A DNA stretch of 64,000 nt from Octopus vulgaris (Eukaryota): positions 194,494,001-194,558,000 of the forward strand of contig OX597815.1 in the NCBI GenBank assembly GCA_951406725.2. Reading direction: 5' to 3'. Position numbers and translations under genes: made by a program. Shown here in pieces: positions 13,262 through 25,360 of this stretch (positions are counted from its first letter, which is position 1; the number at the start of each line of letters is the position of its first letter). The notes beneath the pieces are model-generated. The model saw only the letters and a program-made list of their open reading frames with translations. It made no database searches and was not told the DNA's origin.

Positions 13262-13320
13262 ATGGCGGTGCCCCAGCATGGCCACAGCTCATTAGCTGAA
13301 ACTAGAAAAATCAAAATCAA
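13262..13320 (+). mobile_element. Very short 3'-terminal LINE stub (same family as 24411-24615)
   Basis: ATGGCGGTGCCCCAGCATGGCCACAGCTCATTAGCTGAAACTAG nearly identical to 24549-24592. Confidence 0.7.
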
Positions 13321-13699
13321 TCATATATATATATATATATATATTGTTACGAAGGAAATATAACAAAGTTAACAATCAAATATGTATACTGTATTCCAAC
13401 ATAAGACCATAGCAAAGGTTCTTCTTGAAATACATATTAGCAAGGTTATCAGTGAAAAAAAAGTTAGTTAGAAGCTGTTGAAACTATCATGTCCGGCACA
13501 TCCCCCCTATATTACATATGCCTGCAGAGACCTCCCTATAAAATAAGGTTAGAAGAATCTCAGAAGAATCATTTCACAAGTGAAGTGGTTTGTTTACATT
13601 TTACGAAGTTCATTTGCTTTAATTTTTCGGTTCCAATGTGTGCGTGTACATTTACGGTGTATAATGTTTGTTATCAGTTCACTGATAATTTTAAGTGAA

Positions 13700-14173
13700 C
13701 CCATGAGAAATTTACTCAATGGAACCCGGATCTTAGTGCTGTCCATCAAGGTTTTTTTACATTCATCGAAAAATACTTTGGGGAAGTAGGAAAGGCGAGG
13801 AGGCCTTTATTCAGCGCATCATCTTGCGTCCCAGTGAGACAACCTTTTCCTTTAGTTTCCTGTTATCTCAACATTTTCAATGACTATAAACAAACCACAA
13901 GGGCAGAGCTTCAATAATATTGGCATCATCCTACTGTCACCAGTATTCAGCCATGGACGATTATATGTTACATTGATTAGAAGTAGAAGCAGTAATAATC
14001 TTAAAATGTTAGTAAAGGACCATCCAAAACAAGGTGAACTCATTGGTGATATGGTTTTCACTAGAATCGTGGTGTTGAAGCAATTGCTAAGATAAAGGTT
14101 GTAATCTTTTAAATTTAATTTTATTTTCCGTATCAGTTTTATGCCGTCATTTCTTACGGCACGGGCACACTAG
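13700..14173 (+). mobile_element. Helitron 3' end with decayed PIF1-family helicase C-terminus
   Basis: NGTR, FPV..FSMTINKPQGQSF, VFSHGRLYV...RSR motifs; subterminal hairpin TGCCGT/ACGGCA (14142-14161); terminal CTAG (14170-14173) followed by T. Confidence 0.9.
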
Positions 14174-15315
14174 TATATTTTAGAAAGCTTCTACGTGGTT
14201 GTTCAACTTGTTAGAAACAGCTGGCAAATATGTCTCAAATCACGACCTGTCATGCTTTTACAAAATGGACATATACAATGTAGAAGAATGAAATTATGTG
14301 ATATTCATGGCTTCTTCAAAATTTTCAGTCGCATGGGGGAAATGAACTTGCATCCAGAGAATATTTGAATAACATAGGAATTCACATCCTATTCTTCGGC
14401 GTGTGTCACATACTTCAGTACTGATTTTCTTTGTATTGATAAAGAGAACTTCGGAAGAGGTAGACTACTTGTATTTCCAAAGATACTTTAAAAAAACTAG
14501 GATCGGCATTGCAACTGAAGGTTAATTTGATGAGAATTCCACCCCCCCTCCTCCCTTACTCTACAAACTACAGTCTGCAGCTTCATTTCATCCCACCTGT
14601 CGACTTTATTGAATGTATGACATTACATATGAAAAATCTTTATTTTCTACGTCTATCTCTGATTTACCATCAAGTAAATTCAACATTAAAAGTAGGGCAA
14701 AAGTCTAATTAATATTTAAAGAATTAAATCAATGCTTTAAACGAATTAAAAAAAAAAGTGAGATTATTTCACTTATTAAAACCTGAAAGTTTTCCCATGT
14801 GATATTTTCAGCAATATATGTGTTCATTTTCTTATATAAATAAAGCAACAGAGATTAACAGTCTCTCATATACTACAGCATTAAACATTTACGAGCATAA
14901 TCAATTACAAGAAAGGAGAGAATATCAAAATTATTCATGTCTCTTGAGAAACGCAGACAAACGGGCAGGCACCGCCTTTAATACGAAGCCAAATTCGTCC
15001 CCAGCGTAAATGGAAATGATTTAACTCTTCATTGCCTGCGATGTCACATACGGCACTGAACAATTTTCGTTAAATGTGTAAGCAATTCCTTCATTACAAA
15101 AAGTGACTTTTAAAAAATTGAAAATACAGAACAAAACAGACAATACCAACTTAAAACAGGCTTTTACGAGAGCCTTGTATGATCATGGTTTATTTAACAA
15201 TTGCTCGGCCAACATGACATAAAAAGCATTTCCAATTTGACTACTGTTCTACTACTCCACTATTTTAGCAGCTGCAGTTGTATATGGGACTTAGAAGTCA
15301 TGTTGAATCCTCATC

Positions 15316-16120
15316 CAGGCGTGGCTGTGTGATACGAAGTTTGCGTTCCAACCACATGGTTCTAGGTTCCATCCCACAGCGTGACACCTTGGGCAAGTAT
15401 CTTCTACTATAGCCCCGGGCCGACCAAAGCCTTGTGCGTGGATTTGGTACACAGAGACTGAAAGAAGCCCAGGAATGGCTGTATGATAAGTAGCTTGCTT
15501 ACTAGCCACATGGTTCCGGGTTCATTCCCACTGCGTTGCACCTTAGTCAAGTGTCTTCTACTATAGTCTCGGGCCGACCAAAACCTTGTGAGTGGATTTG
15601 GAAGACGGAAACTGAAAGAAGCCCGTTGTATATATATATGTATGTGTATATATGTATGTGTGTATATGTTTGTATGTCTGTTTTTGTCCCCCCCCCCCCC
15701 AACATCGCTTGACAACAAATGGTGGTGTGTTTACGTCTCCGTAACTTAGCGGTTCGGCAAAAGAGACCGATAGAATAAGTACTAGGCTTCTAAAGAATTA
15801 CTCTTGGGGTCGATTTGCTCGGCTAAATGGTGATGCTCCAGCATGGTCGCAGTAAAAGAGTAAAAGAGTAATATGTGTGTGTGTGTATCAGTGCGTTTAT
15901 GTGTATCTTTGTGTCTGTGTTTGTCTCCCCACCACCACCACCTGACAACCGGTGTCAGTTTGTTTATATCCTCAAAACGTTGCGGGTTCGGCAGAAAAAA
16001 GACCGATAAAATAATTACCAGGCTTCAGAAAATGTGCTAAGGTGAATTTGTTCGACTAAATACTTAAAGGCAGTGTCCTGGCATGGCTGTAGTCTAATGA
16101 GCGAAACAAGCAGTAGCAAA
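15316..16120 (+). mobile_element. Cluster of SINE B pieces (5' half, full copy 15470-15870, older 3' half)
   Basis: Repeated B head and B tail segments. Confidence 0.85.
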
Positions 16121-16241
16121 TGAAAATCCTCATCATCAGCAGCAGCACCATCACCATCAAGAGGTCGCAACCAGCATGCATTTCAAGATCTGAGAGGAAT
16201 TTCTTTCCCCCAAATCAGTTATGGTAGGTGCTCAAATTTCA

Positions 16242-16414
16242 TGGAGTGGCTGTGTAGTAAGTAGCTTGCTTACCAACCACATGGTTCCGGGTCCAGTCCC
16301 ACTGCGTGGCACCTTGGGCAAGTGTCTTCTACTATAGCCTCGGGCCGACCAAAGCCTTGTGAATGGATTTGGTAGACGGAAACTGAAAAGAAGCCCGTCG
16401 TATATATTTATATG

Positions 16415-16486
<72 letters not shown>

Positions 16487-16672
16487 TCTCCCCAACATCG
16501 CCTGACAGCCGATGCTAGTGTGTTTACGTCCCCGTAACTTAGCGGTTCGGTAAAAGGCACCGATAGAATAAGTACTAGGCTTACAAAGAATAAGTCCTGG
16601 AGTTGATTTACTCAATTAAAGGCGGTGCTCCAGCATGGCCCCAGTCAAATGACTGAAGCAAGTAAAAGAGTA
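16242..16672 (+). mobile_element. SINE family B with long internal (TG)n
   Basis: Homology to other B copies. Confidence 0.92.
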
Positions 16673-16854
16673 AACAAACAAAAAACGAATGACTTAAGTT
16701 TTCAGATCATTAGAATTTGAAGAGACTCATGGAGGTGAGTATCGGCAAGGGCCAGTGTTGTTATAATCAGTAAACGTACTTTATTAGTGTGTCGTATGGA
16801 GATGCTTTATATAAGTGTTCTACGTGAGACTTTAATCACAGAATGGGAAAATCG

Positions 16855-17239
16855 TGGCACTCCGTCGGTTATGACGACGAGTGTACCAGTTAATCCGATC
16901 AACGGAACAATTTGTTCATGAAATTAACGTGTAAGTGACTGACCACTCAACAAACACGTGTACCCTTAACATAGTTCTCGGGGAGATTCAGCGTGACACA
17001 ATGTGTGTGTGACAAGGCTGGCCCTTTGAAATACAGGTACAACAGAAACAGGAAGAAAGAGTGAGAGAAAGTTGTGACGGAAGGGTACAGAAGGGTTTTC
17101 CACCACCCCCTGCCGGAGCTTCGTGGAGCTACTAGGTGTTTTCGCTCAATAAACACTCACAACGCCCGGTCTGGGAATCGAAACGGCGATCCTACGACTG
17201 CGAGTCCGCTGCCTTAACCACTGGGCCATTCGCCTCCAC
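16855..17239 (-). mobile_element. SINE family A, tail variant A2
   Basis: Reverse complement of 43063-43444. Confidence 0.88.
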
Positions 17240-17502
17240 ATATGAAAATATTGTTGTGTTATGCAATTTTCTGATATTTTCCAATTCTCCGTCAAAAGCA
17301 GGAGATATTTACTCTTGACTTGGCATATCATGTTTTGCTTCGTGCAATTAGATCAGTCTGTTTTTCATCAATAATCTTCTGATTACAGAGGTGTGTTCGT
17401 CTCACCATATTTGTTTCTTCATAATGTTCTGAGAAATTGGTATTTTTTTATGAAATTTTTTTACAAATACCTTTTAGATTAAGATGAGTATATTTCTTTT
17501 TA

Positions 17503-17680
17503 TTCTTTTACTTGTTACAGTCATTTGATAGCGGCCATGCTAGAGCACCGCCTTTAGTCGAATCAAATCGATCCCAGGACTTATTCTTTGTAAGCCTAGT
17601 ACTTATTCTATCGGTCTCTTTTGCCGAACCGCTAAGTTACGACGTTGGGGGCGACAAACACAGATACACAACATATACGT

Positions 17681-17719
<39 letters not shown>

Positions 17720-17887
17720 CACACGACGGGCGTCTTTAAGTTTCCGTCTACCAAATCCACTCACAAGGCTTTGGTCGGCCCGAGGCTATAGTAGAAAACC
17801 TTTGCCCAAGGTGCCACGCAGTAGGACTGAACCCGGAACCATGTGGTTTGTAAGCAAGCAACTTACCACACAGCCATTCCTGTCCCT
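17503..17887 (-). mobile_element. SINE family B
   Basis: Homology to other B copies. Confidence 0.9.
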
Positions 17888-18351
17888 ATATCGGAATTTA
17901 AAAGAAAAAAGAAAAAGAAAAACGGGAATGGTGGATATTTCACGCATCTCGACTTTGTTTCCTCATACATTTTGATGATTTAAAGTACAATTAGGTTGAA
18001 AAACATTACTTTGGACGTATATTCCTGCCTTTCCCATCTAAAATTTATTAAAGGATATTATTTATTAAAATGAAATTTTCCAGAGATATTAGAAAAAATT
18101 GGAAAAAAATACCAGAGGTAAATTCAACGGTCTGGCTGTGTGGTATGCTAGAGACCTGGAAAATTTCATTTTATTCATAAAATAAATCACCACACAAATT
18201 CTAGAAAAAAAAAAGGGTGGAATAGTCCTTCAAAGTAGTTTAATTTTCCAATGTAATTATAATGAACATCATAAAGACGTATGAGGAAATAAAGTCGAGA
18301 TGCGTGAAAAATAAGCCCTTCTCCAATTCTTCCCCACTAAATTCCGATATA
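17888..18351. repeat. Degenerate inverted repeat, probable DNA-transposon remnant
   Basis: ATATCGGAATTTA...TTCACGCATCTCGACTTTGTTTCCTCATAC mirrored by GTATGAGGAAATAAAGTCGAGATGCGTGAA...TAAATTCCGATAT. Confidence 0.6.
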
Positions 18352-19290
18352 ATCGTAATCGATGAAAACCAGAAGTAAGTGTATTTGTACGTGTATAAGC
18401 ATTCTACACAAGAGAAGTTTGATCTTAGAACCTTTATTTAACAGGTAAAATTTCAATGCTCAGGTGCAATATCACTCAGTCTCACCGCTATATTTCTGAT
18501 AGAAATCTACGTATTTAAGGAAATAAATAGGCAAATAATCGAAACTCTCATTAACATAATCGTCTTATCCTGCCCGTTTCCGAATTCCATGAATAAATCA
18601 TGACTTATAAAACGAATCCTTATGCAAATATCTTCGTTTCTTTTTCTCTTATTTACTTGATAAATACATAAGGCATTTCGAGTGAATAGCATTATATTCT
18701 ATGATTCTTGTGACGTTAAATACAAACTCCATGTTTAAGATTTCCCAGGACATTCTCAAGACGTTTCTCAGATGCTTATTTCTCTGACAGTTGAATTAAG
18801 ATTGCTTCCGTTGGGTGTACCACGTCAACACGCGTTTAGTTTGTGGGGGTTTTGACAAAAGATTAAATTTAACCAGAGACTGGCAACTGTTCGTTTTGAT
18901 TGATGGCCGAACGAGTAATCCGTCAGTGAGGCTGTAATGTCTTTACATGCTGGATATTTAATATTCTATCCTTCAGTTATAATGATCAATTATTATGTTG
19001 ACACAAAGCAACAACAAGAACAAAAACATAACAAAGCTTTGGTTATATCTACTCCAATGGTTGAGTATTTCCTTTATCGACTTTGCGAGAATGAAAGGTA
19101 GGGGCAATACTGACGGGATTCGTAAAGAGCTGCAACCAAAATCCGTTCTAGCGATATTAACAATAATGATTTATTTGTCACAGGGGCGGCGGATGAGGTG
19201 TATTACAAAAAAACAAAACAAAACAATGTGCGTGTGTGAGTATCTGTGTGTGAACTGAAACAATATCTATGGAATAAAATGTATTATAAA

Positions 19291-19603
19291 CTAGCAGTAT
19301 CGCCCGGCGTTGCTCGGGTTTGTAAGGGAAATAACTATATAAGCATTTTTAGAGATGTAAAGTATAATAGCTTTATTCCCTTATATATGCCAAAAATGCA
19401 TTAAAAATGGGAAAAATTGATGGTAAATTTTTTTTTAATCGTAGACTCATCGTAGACGCGCGCTAATACCCAGAAGGGCTCGATATGAATAACGACTATA
19501 AGATACCCGGTTTTGGTTAAACTGCACCGCAAAATGTGGGAGTAGTTAGGAATCTAAATCGTAGGAGACAGACAGCACACAACCTCACTTTTATATATAA
19601 AGA
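19291..19603 (-). mobile_element. Non-autonomous Helitron
   Basis: 5' TC and 3' CTAG termini, GC hairpin near the 3' end, A|T insertion site; second copy at 35240-35638. Confidence 0.85.
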
Positions 19604-21164
19604 TATATCCCTCTCCAAAGAGTGACAACCGCACCAGCAGACGAGAATCGAAACTAGATCTGCAATAGTTTACAAATTTACCACTCCCATCCACTCATCT
19701 AATATTTAGCAAATTTCTTAGATGACCGAACTTTTCTCTTAGCCCTCACTGCTAATTCCAAATTGAGGATTTTGTCGAGAATGAGATCTTACATCCTCAG
19801 AACTTTTAAAGGAGTTACCCACACAATACCTTATGTCGTAGCCACCAGACAGCGCAAAATTGCTCGCCTTTATTTGCCAGAGATTGGATGAGAAAGTGAT
19901 ATTTGTCTCAAATGCGATAATAGCCGTTTGACATAATTCCATGTCAGTAATCTCCACACGTTGTACGAGTGTGTGGGAGGCTGTTTCGTATTTCCTACGC
20001 GTCTCATACAGCTTCAACTGAAGTACTACCAAAGCTTATACGGCTTTGGCAGTAGCACATCAGAGTTAAGGACGTTTGAAAATACGTTTATAATTCTTCT
20101 GCTGAAAATACTCCTGAAAGTCTCTTCTCATCTTTTCAAGCTATTCTCACTCATATCCACCAATATCCAGGTTTTGAAAACAAATGCTGAATTTCTGCCG
20201 ACTGCATTAGCCATTTTGTTAGGTGCTGTGAAGGTACATGTAACACTCCAGAAGCAGAACGCTCACCTACTATCTAAGCTTGATCAAGGGCGAAAAAGAC
20301 ATACTGAGGAAAATCATGTCTAAAGAAAGCGGTGACACCTGTTCACCTTTAGAATTCTCTATGATATCGTGTTCTTAGTGCATCACCGCTCTCGGCGTTC
20401 CAACACACCACCGGAATGTGATGAGTTAAGAGCATATAGTATTTATTATCAGTACCCGTGTCTTTTTAAAGAAGCAAAAGTGGGAGTGAGGTGCATTATT
20501 AGGGCCATTATTATTCATGCGTTGAAGATTATATCAAGCTACTTGACTGAAAAAACGAAAATTATGTACATCTTGGAACAACATGCATAAACAGTTTCAC
20601 GGGTTTCAAATTCCGTGAGATGATGCCATAACAAAAAAAATCTTACTGCTGTTATTTTCTGGAATCTGCTTACATGCATCATCTTCATGAGTAATCTGTC
20701 AATGTCTCTACAGAAATGGTTGAGTAACCAAACACAAATACAAATTGGATGACAGGCTTCACCAATAATTTTAAAAATTTATTACCGAGTTCGCTCTAAT
20801 TGCTTCGCGTTTCAACTTGCTTCTGCACAGTATTATAATGAGCTGGTATTAGTTGTGTCGATAATTAGTTGACTATTGTAATTTCTTTTGTGGTAAATTA
20901 GGTCTGGTTTAAGTGTTCTCTGTTGGTTTGACTGTATGTCAAACTAATTTTGAAACAATTTTCTAAAAAGTTATTAGTACTAGAGAAAAGTTTCTTGAAC
21001 GAGTTGATTAGGTGTTTGCAGAGTAGCTTGGTTCTGTTATAATGTCAGAGTTAGGCAAACCTAGTCTCATAGAACGTAGAGCATCGTTTTAGATGATACA
21101 CAACATAGGCGTTATTTATTCTTGTTTGTTGTAATAATTATGAATGTCCTTTTCAAAACATTTT

Positions 21165-21578
21165 GGATCTTTTCCGTTTGAACGGCAGTTTTTTCTAGCG
21201 ATGTCATATGAAATTGTCACCCATAATTATGACCCTAGAATCGATCTATTGCATTTCAATCTCTTTTAGGGTTAGGGGTGGGGGAAGGGTGTCTTTTTTT
21301 CTTCACAAATGTAAATAAACCCGATTTGTTTCTTAAACGAAGGACATATTCATACGGCACAGAATGCTTTTTAACTCAATAGACGTCACTGATTGGTTGA
21401 AATTGCAGAAATTGAAGAAAAAAAAATCCCCACAAATATCTTACAAACTATAGAATTTTCTCAATAAAGGCAAGAGAAAAAGATGTTTTATAAACACATT
21501 CTACCAGTATACGAAGTTTAAAATGTTTTAATTACTTAGAAATGATGTTAAAAACTGCCGTTCAAACCGAAAAGATCC
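21165..21578. mobile_element. MITE, Merlin-like (family M1)
   Basis: TIR GGATCTTTTC(C/G)GTTTGAACGGCAGTTTT; three copies; imperfect 8-bp TSD. Confidence 0.85.
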
Positions 21579-21759
21579 AACACTTTTATTGATAGTCTAC
21601 ACCTATATCGTAAGCATTGTTGCTTTTTGTTGCTTCAGAATTATGGTTATATATAAAATATCCATGCAATTCTGGTTTCCTTCTGTTGTGTTTATTTATC
21701 TGTAAGACATCCAGTTCGTGGAAGCATTGTCCGCATAGAAGCATGCATCACTGGCTGTA

Positions 21760-21968
21760 GTTGTTGTTGTTGTTGTTAAGCAACAAGACGGGTAAGGGTG
21801 ATTAGGTGATGGTCTAGTGCTTAGGGGCGGGAGACTCCAGACCTTGCAAAAAAAAACAACTTTGGCCGTCTTATAGTCGAGGGCTCTTCGTTGACGCCCG
21901 ACACAACTGGGAGGTGGCCCTCGAAGTCGCTGGAAATGGAGATCTACAGGTCCAAATTCTTGAACGGC
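21760..21968 (-). mobile_element. Short unclassified retroposon with (AAC)n tail
   Basis: 12-bp TSD TCACTGGCTGTA at 21748-21759 and 21969-21980; (GTT)n at the left end. Confidence 0.75.
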
Positions 21969-22184
21969 TCACTGGCTGTACTTATGCTTGGTGTTTGCAC
22001 CAGCATGATGTCTGTTTCAAGACGGTGTTCAGTTTAGACTATAGACACTGAGAATCTAATCGAATTTCCCATTGCAAATATAATCAATTAGTTGTATTCC
22101 TTAAAAGTATTAACGACAAAGGTTCATAGAAGTGAGTCTTTGTCTGCTGTGTGATGACATCGAGTGTCTGTATGAAGAAAATCT

Positions 22185-22588
22185 GGATATTTTCGGTTTG
22201 AAAGGCAGTTTTTTAAAATAATTTCCACGTAACTAAACACTTTTAAACTTCGTATACTGGTAGAATGTGTTTATAAAACATCTTTTTCTCTTGGCTTTAT
22301 TGAGAAAATTCTATAGTTTGTAAGATATTTGTTGTTTTTTCTTCAATTTCTGCAATTTCAACCAATCAATGACGTCTATTGAGGTGAAAACATTCTGTGC
22401 CGTATGAAAATGTCCCTCGTTTAAGAAAAAGATTGGGTTTATTTACATTTGTGAAGAAAAAAAGATACCCTTCTCCCCACCCCTAAAAGAGATTGAAATG
22501 CAATAGATCGATACTAGGGTCATAATTATGGGTGACAATTTCATATGACACCGCTAGAAAAAAACTGCCGTTCAAACGGAAAAGATCC
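22185..22588. mobile_element. MITE family M1, inverted relative to 21165-21578
   Basis: Same TIRs and internal sequence. Confidence 0.85.
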
Positions 22589-23299
22589 AAAAATATTTAT
22601 GTAGACATAGGTTCAGAGAATTTGCATGCAGAGAAATATAGAATGCGGAGCGTTAAATGTGGTGAGTTTAAGCATATAAAATATCATTGTAGAAAATAAT
22701 GGCGTAAAGTGTTTTGCTTGTGAAAAATTTGTAAAAGCAAGCATAAATTCGGGGTTGGAAATATCTATGTGAAGAGTGAGAATTTTTATCTAGGAATTTT
22801 TTCTGTAGAGACTTAGGTATTTGAAAATGGTGTACAATTATAGTGTAGATAGTCTGTGCAGAGTTCTGCTTACAGTTTCCAATAGAAAGGGTAATAAAAA
22901 ATCCTTATCAATTAAATATGTCTAATAAATCAAAACAATTCTCTCAATGTGTATTTCAAAGCGACAGTTTACTAATAGTAAGTTGTTTTTGTAAAGACGA
23001 CGTCCCAGACAGGAAATCCTATTATAAATAAAATTGTTAATATTCTATTAAGTTAAAAAGTGTTTCCTTTCATTATTTAATCAGTATCCTACCACACGAG
23101 ATTGGAATCGAATAATAATAAATATATTTCATACCCAGAATGCAAAACTATTTTTGTAACTTAGCCATACAGACAGATAGAGCAGATACATATACAGCAT
23201 ACATATATAGCCGTTTATGTTATTTCCTTTTTTTATTTTTGTTCCAGAACATTTATGATAAAAGAGACAGGCATAATGTTTATATGTACAAGTGTATAC

Positions 23300-23300
23300 A

Positions 23301-23343
<43 letters not shown>

Positions 23344-23556
23344 GTATATATTTATTTACATATATATACACACACAAATATATATATTTATATAAATATA
23401 TATAACACACACACACACATATATATATATATCTATATAAATATATATTACACACACATATATATATATTTATATAAATATATATTACACACACACACAC
23501 ATATTTATATAAATATATATTACACACACACACACATATTTATATAAATATATATT

Positions 23557-23589
<33 letters not shown>

Positions 23590-23962
23590 CATATGTATAT
23601 ACAAATATACATATATATGTATACATATTACATATAAATACATATGCATAAACATAAATATGTATATATATATATATGAATATATATATGTATATACATA
23701 TGAATATATATATGTATATACATATATATGTATATATTTGTATGTGTGTGTATATATATATATATGTATATCTATATTACATATAGATATATATGAATAT
23801 ATATGTATGTATATTATATATATATATATATATGTATATCTATATTACATATAGATATATATGAATATATATGTATGTATATTAATATATATATATTCAT
23901 ATGTATATACATATTTATATATGTATATATATAGATATGTGTGTGTGTATGTATGTATGTGT
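23300..23962. repeat. Compound (TA)/(CA)/(TATG) microsatellite
   Basis: Directly visible. Confidence 0.95.
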
Positions 23963-24410
23963 TTTTATACGTAAATACGCTGTGAAGAAGCTCACATATT
24001 AATGTTTAATAACCATATGATGAGGCCTGATAGCTGCCTACTAAGATACATAGATGCCAATACGTAAACAAATGCAGGCACTTTCACACTCATAAATATT
24101 CATGAGTGCGTGTGTAATACATATACCCCCCCACACACACGTACATACTCACACACGCACATAGATAATCTTTTACTTGCTTGCTTCAGTCATTAAACTA
24201 TAGCCATACTGGTGTTTCATTTAACCATTCCCATTTATTGCACAAGGAAGGTATTGATATAGACATAGGCACCGTTTTTTCATGCGGTGTCAAACAGAGA
24301 CAGACACAGACACACATAGACACAATTAAGCAGCTCATCTCTCCTCACCCTAACCTACATAGAAACTTTCTTACATAATCATATGTAAGTAGATGTACGA
24401 ATGCATATAT

Positions 24411-24615
24411 CTCTTCCTGTCAGGTATCCCACATGAACCAACTTCACGGCAGGAGGTGCAGATGAGAGCAGCTGCATCGAACTCTCTCATGCACCAAATG
24501 GCAATTGCTAAAAAGCATTCGTGAAGTAAAATTATGCAGCAACACCAAATGGCGGTGCCCCAGCATGGTCACAGCTCGTGAGCTGAAACTAGATAAAATA
24601 AAATAAAAAAAATAA
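24411..24615 (+). mobile_element. LINE 3' end (same family as 4175-4436)
   Basis: Translates LFLSGIPHEPTSRQEVQMRAAASNSLMHQMAIAKKHS*; 3' UTR GGCGGTGCCCCAGCATGG..CAGCTC-GT-GAGCTG-AAAC then (TAAAA)n. Confidence 0.8.
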
Positions 24616-24629
24616 AATATATATATATA

Positions 24630-25051
24630 TATTTCGTTTTTGGATTGCAAGATTCTTTATAGGAGTTCGTGTGTTGAAGCATATACTGCTGTGTCCGGGG
24701 AGAGTCATTTTCTTTTTGTGCCTTATAATGTAATGTAACACACTTACCGGTAAAATTTTCACTTTTTTCTTATTTTTATTTCCCAAAAATTTTCGTTGCG
24801 TCTTGCAACCTTTTCAATAGTCTTGACTCTGAATAGAAAGGGAAATAAAAAATCCTTATCAATTAAATATGTCTAATAAATAATAAAAACAATTGAAAAG
24901 GTCTAATAAATAATAAAAACAATTGAAAAGGTTGCAAGACGCAACGAAAATTTTAGGAAAATAAAAATGAGAAATAAGTGGAAATTTTACCGGTGAGTGT
25001 GTTACATTATAAGACACAAAAAGAAAATGACTCTCCCCAGACACTACAGTG

Positions 25052-25056
<5 letters not shown>
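24630..25056. mobile_element. Foldback element, probable Penelope-like inverted pLTR
   Basis: Inverted arms ~24681-24818 and ~24922-25056 flanked by (TA)n; exact 30-bp tandem duplication 24871-24930; hammerhead-like fold near the inner arm ends. Confidence 0.65.
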
Positions 25057-25111
<55 letters not shown>

Positions 25112-25116
<5 letters not shown>

Positions 25117-25360
25117 GAAAGAATGGCGTCGAACGAAGATGTTAACAGAATTCCTTTACTCTCGACACATGTTTCGAAGACAGCATATTTTCATTCCAAA
25201 GGAATAAAGTGTGCATTATGCAATCTTCTCATCAGGAAAGAAAGGGAGCCTCTCTCGACAACAAGACAAAAAAAAAATTTCGATGATTGCCTATATGGTA
25301 AACAAAGCGATAATTTTCCATGCTGACGATAAACATAGGATAATTCATTCACCTACTTAG
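25112..25360 (-). mobile_element. Hammerhead-bearing repeat in (TA)n (Penelope pLTR/retrozyme-like)
   Basis: (TA)n on both sides; internally deleted second copy at 48500-48621. Confidence 0.7.
25159..25240 (-). ncRNA. Type I hammerhead ribozyme, canonical core
   Basis: CUUUC-CUGAUGA-GAAGA..(extended stem II)..UCUUC-GAAAC-AUGU-GUC-GAGAG; stem I CUUUC/GAGAG; predicted cleavage between 25164 and 25163. Confidence 0.85.

Noticed and set aside
13700-14095. Host PIF1 helicase exon
   Set aside because: Disrupted frames followed by a Helitron hairpin and CTAG terminus
21266-21277. Interstitial telomere
   Set aside because: Only two units, and they are internal to a MITE family
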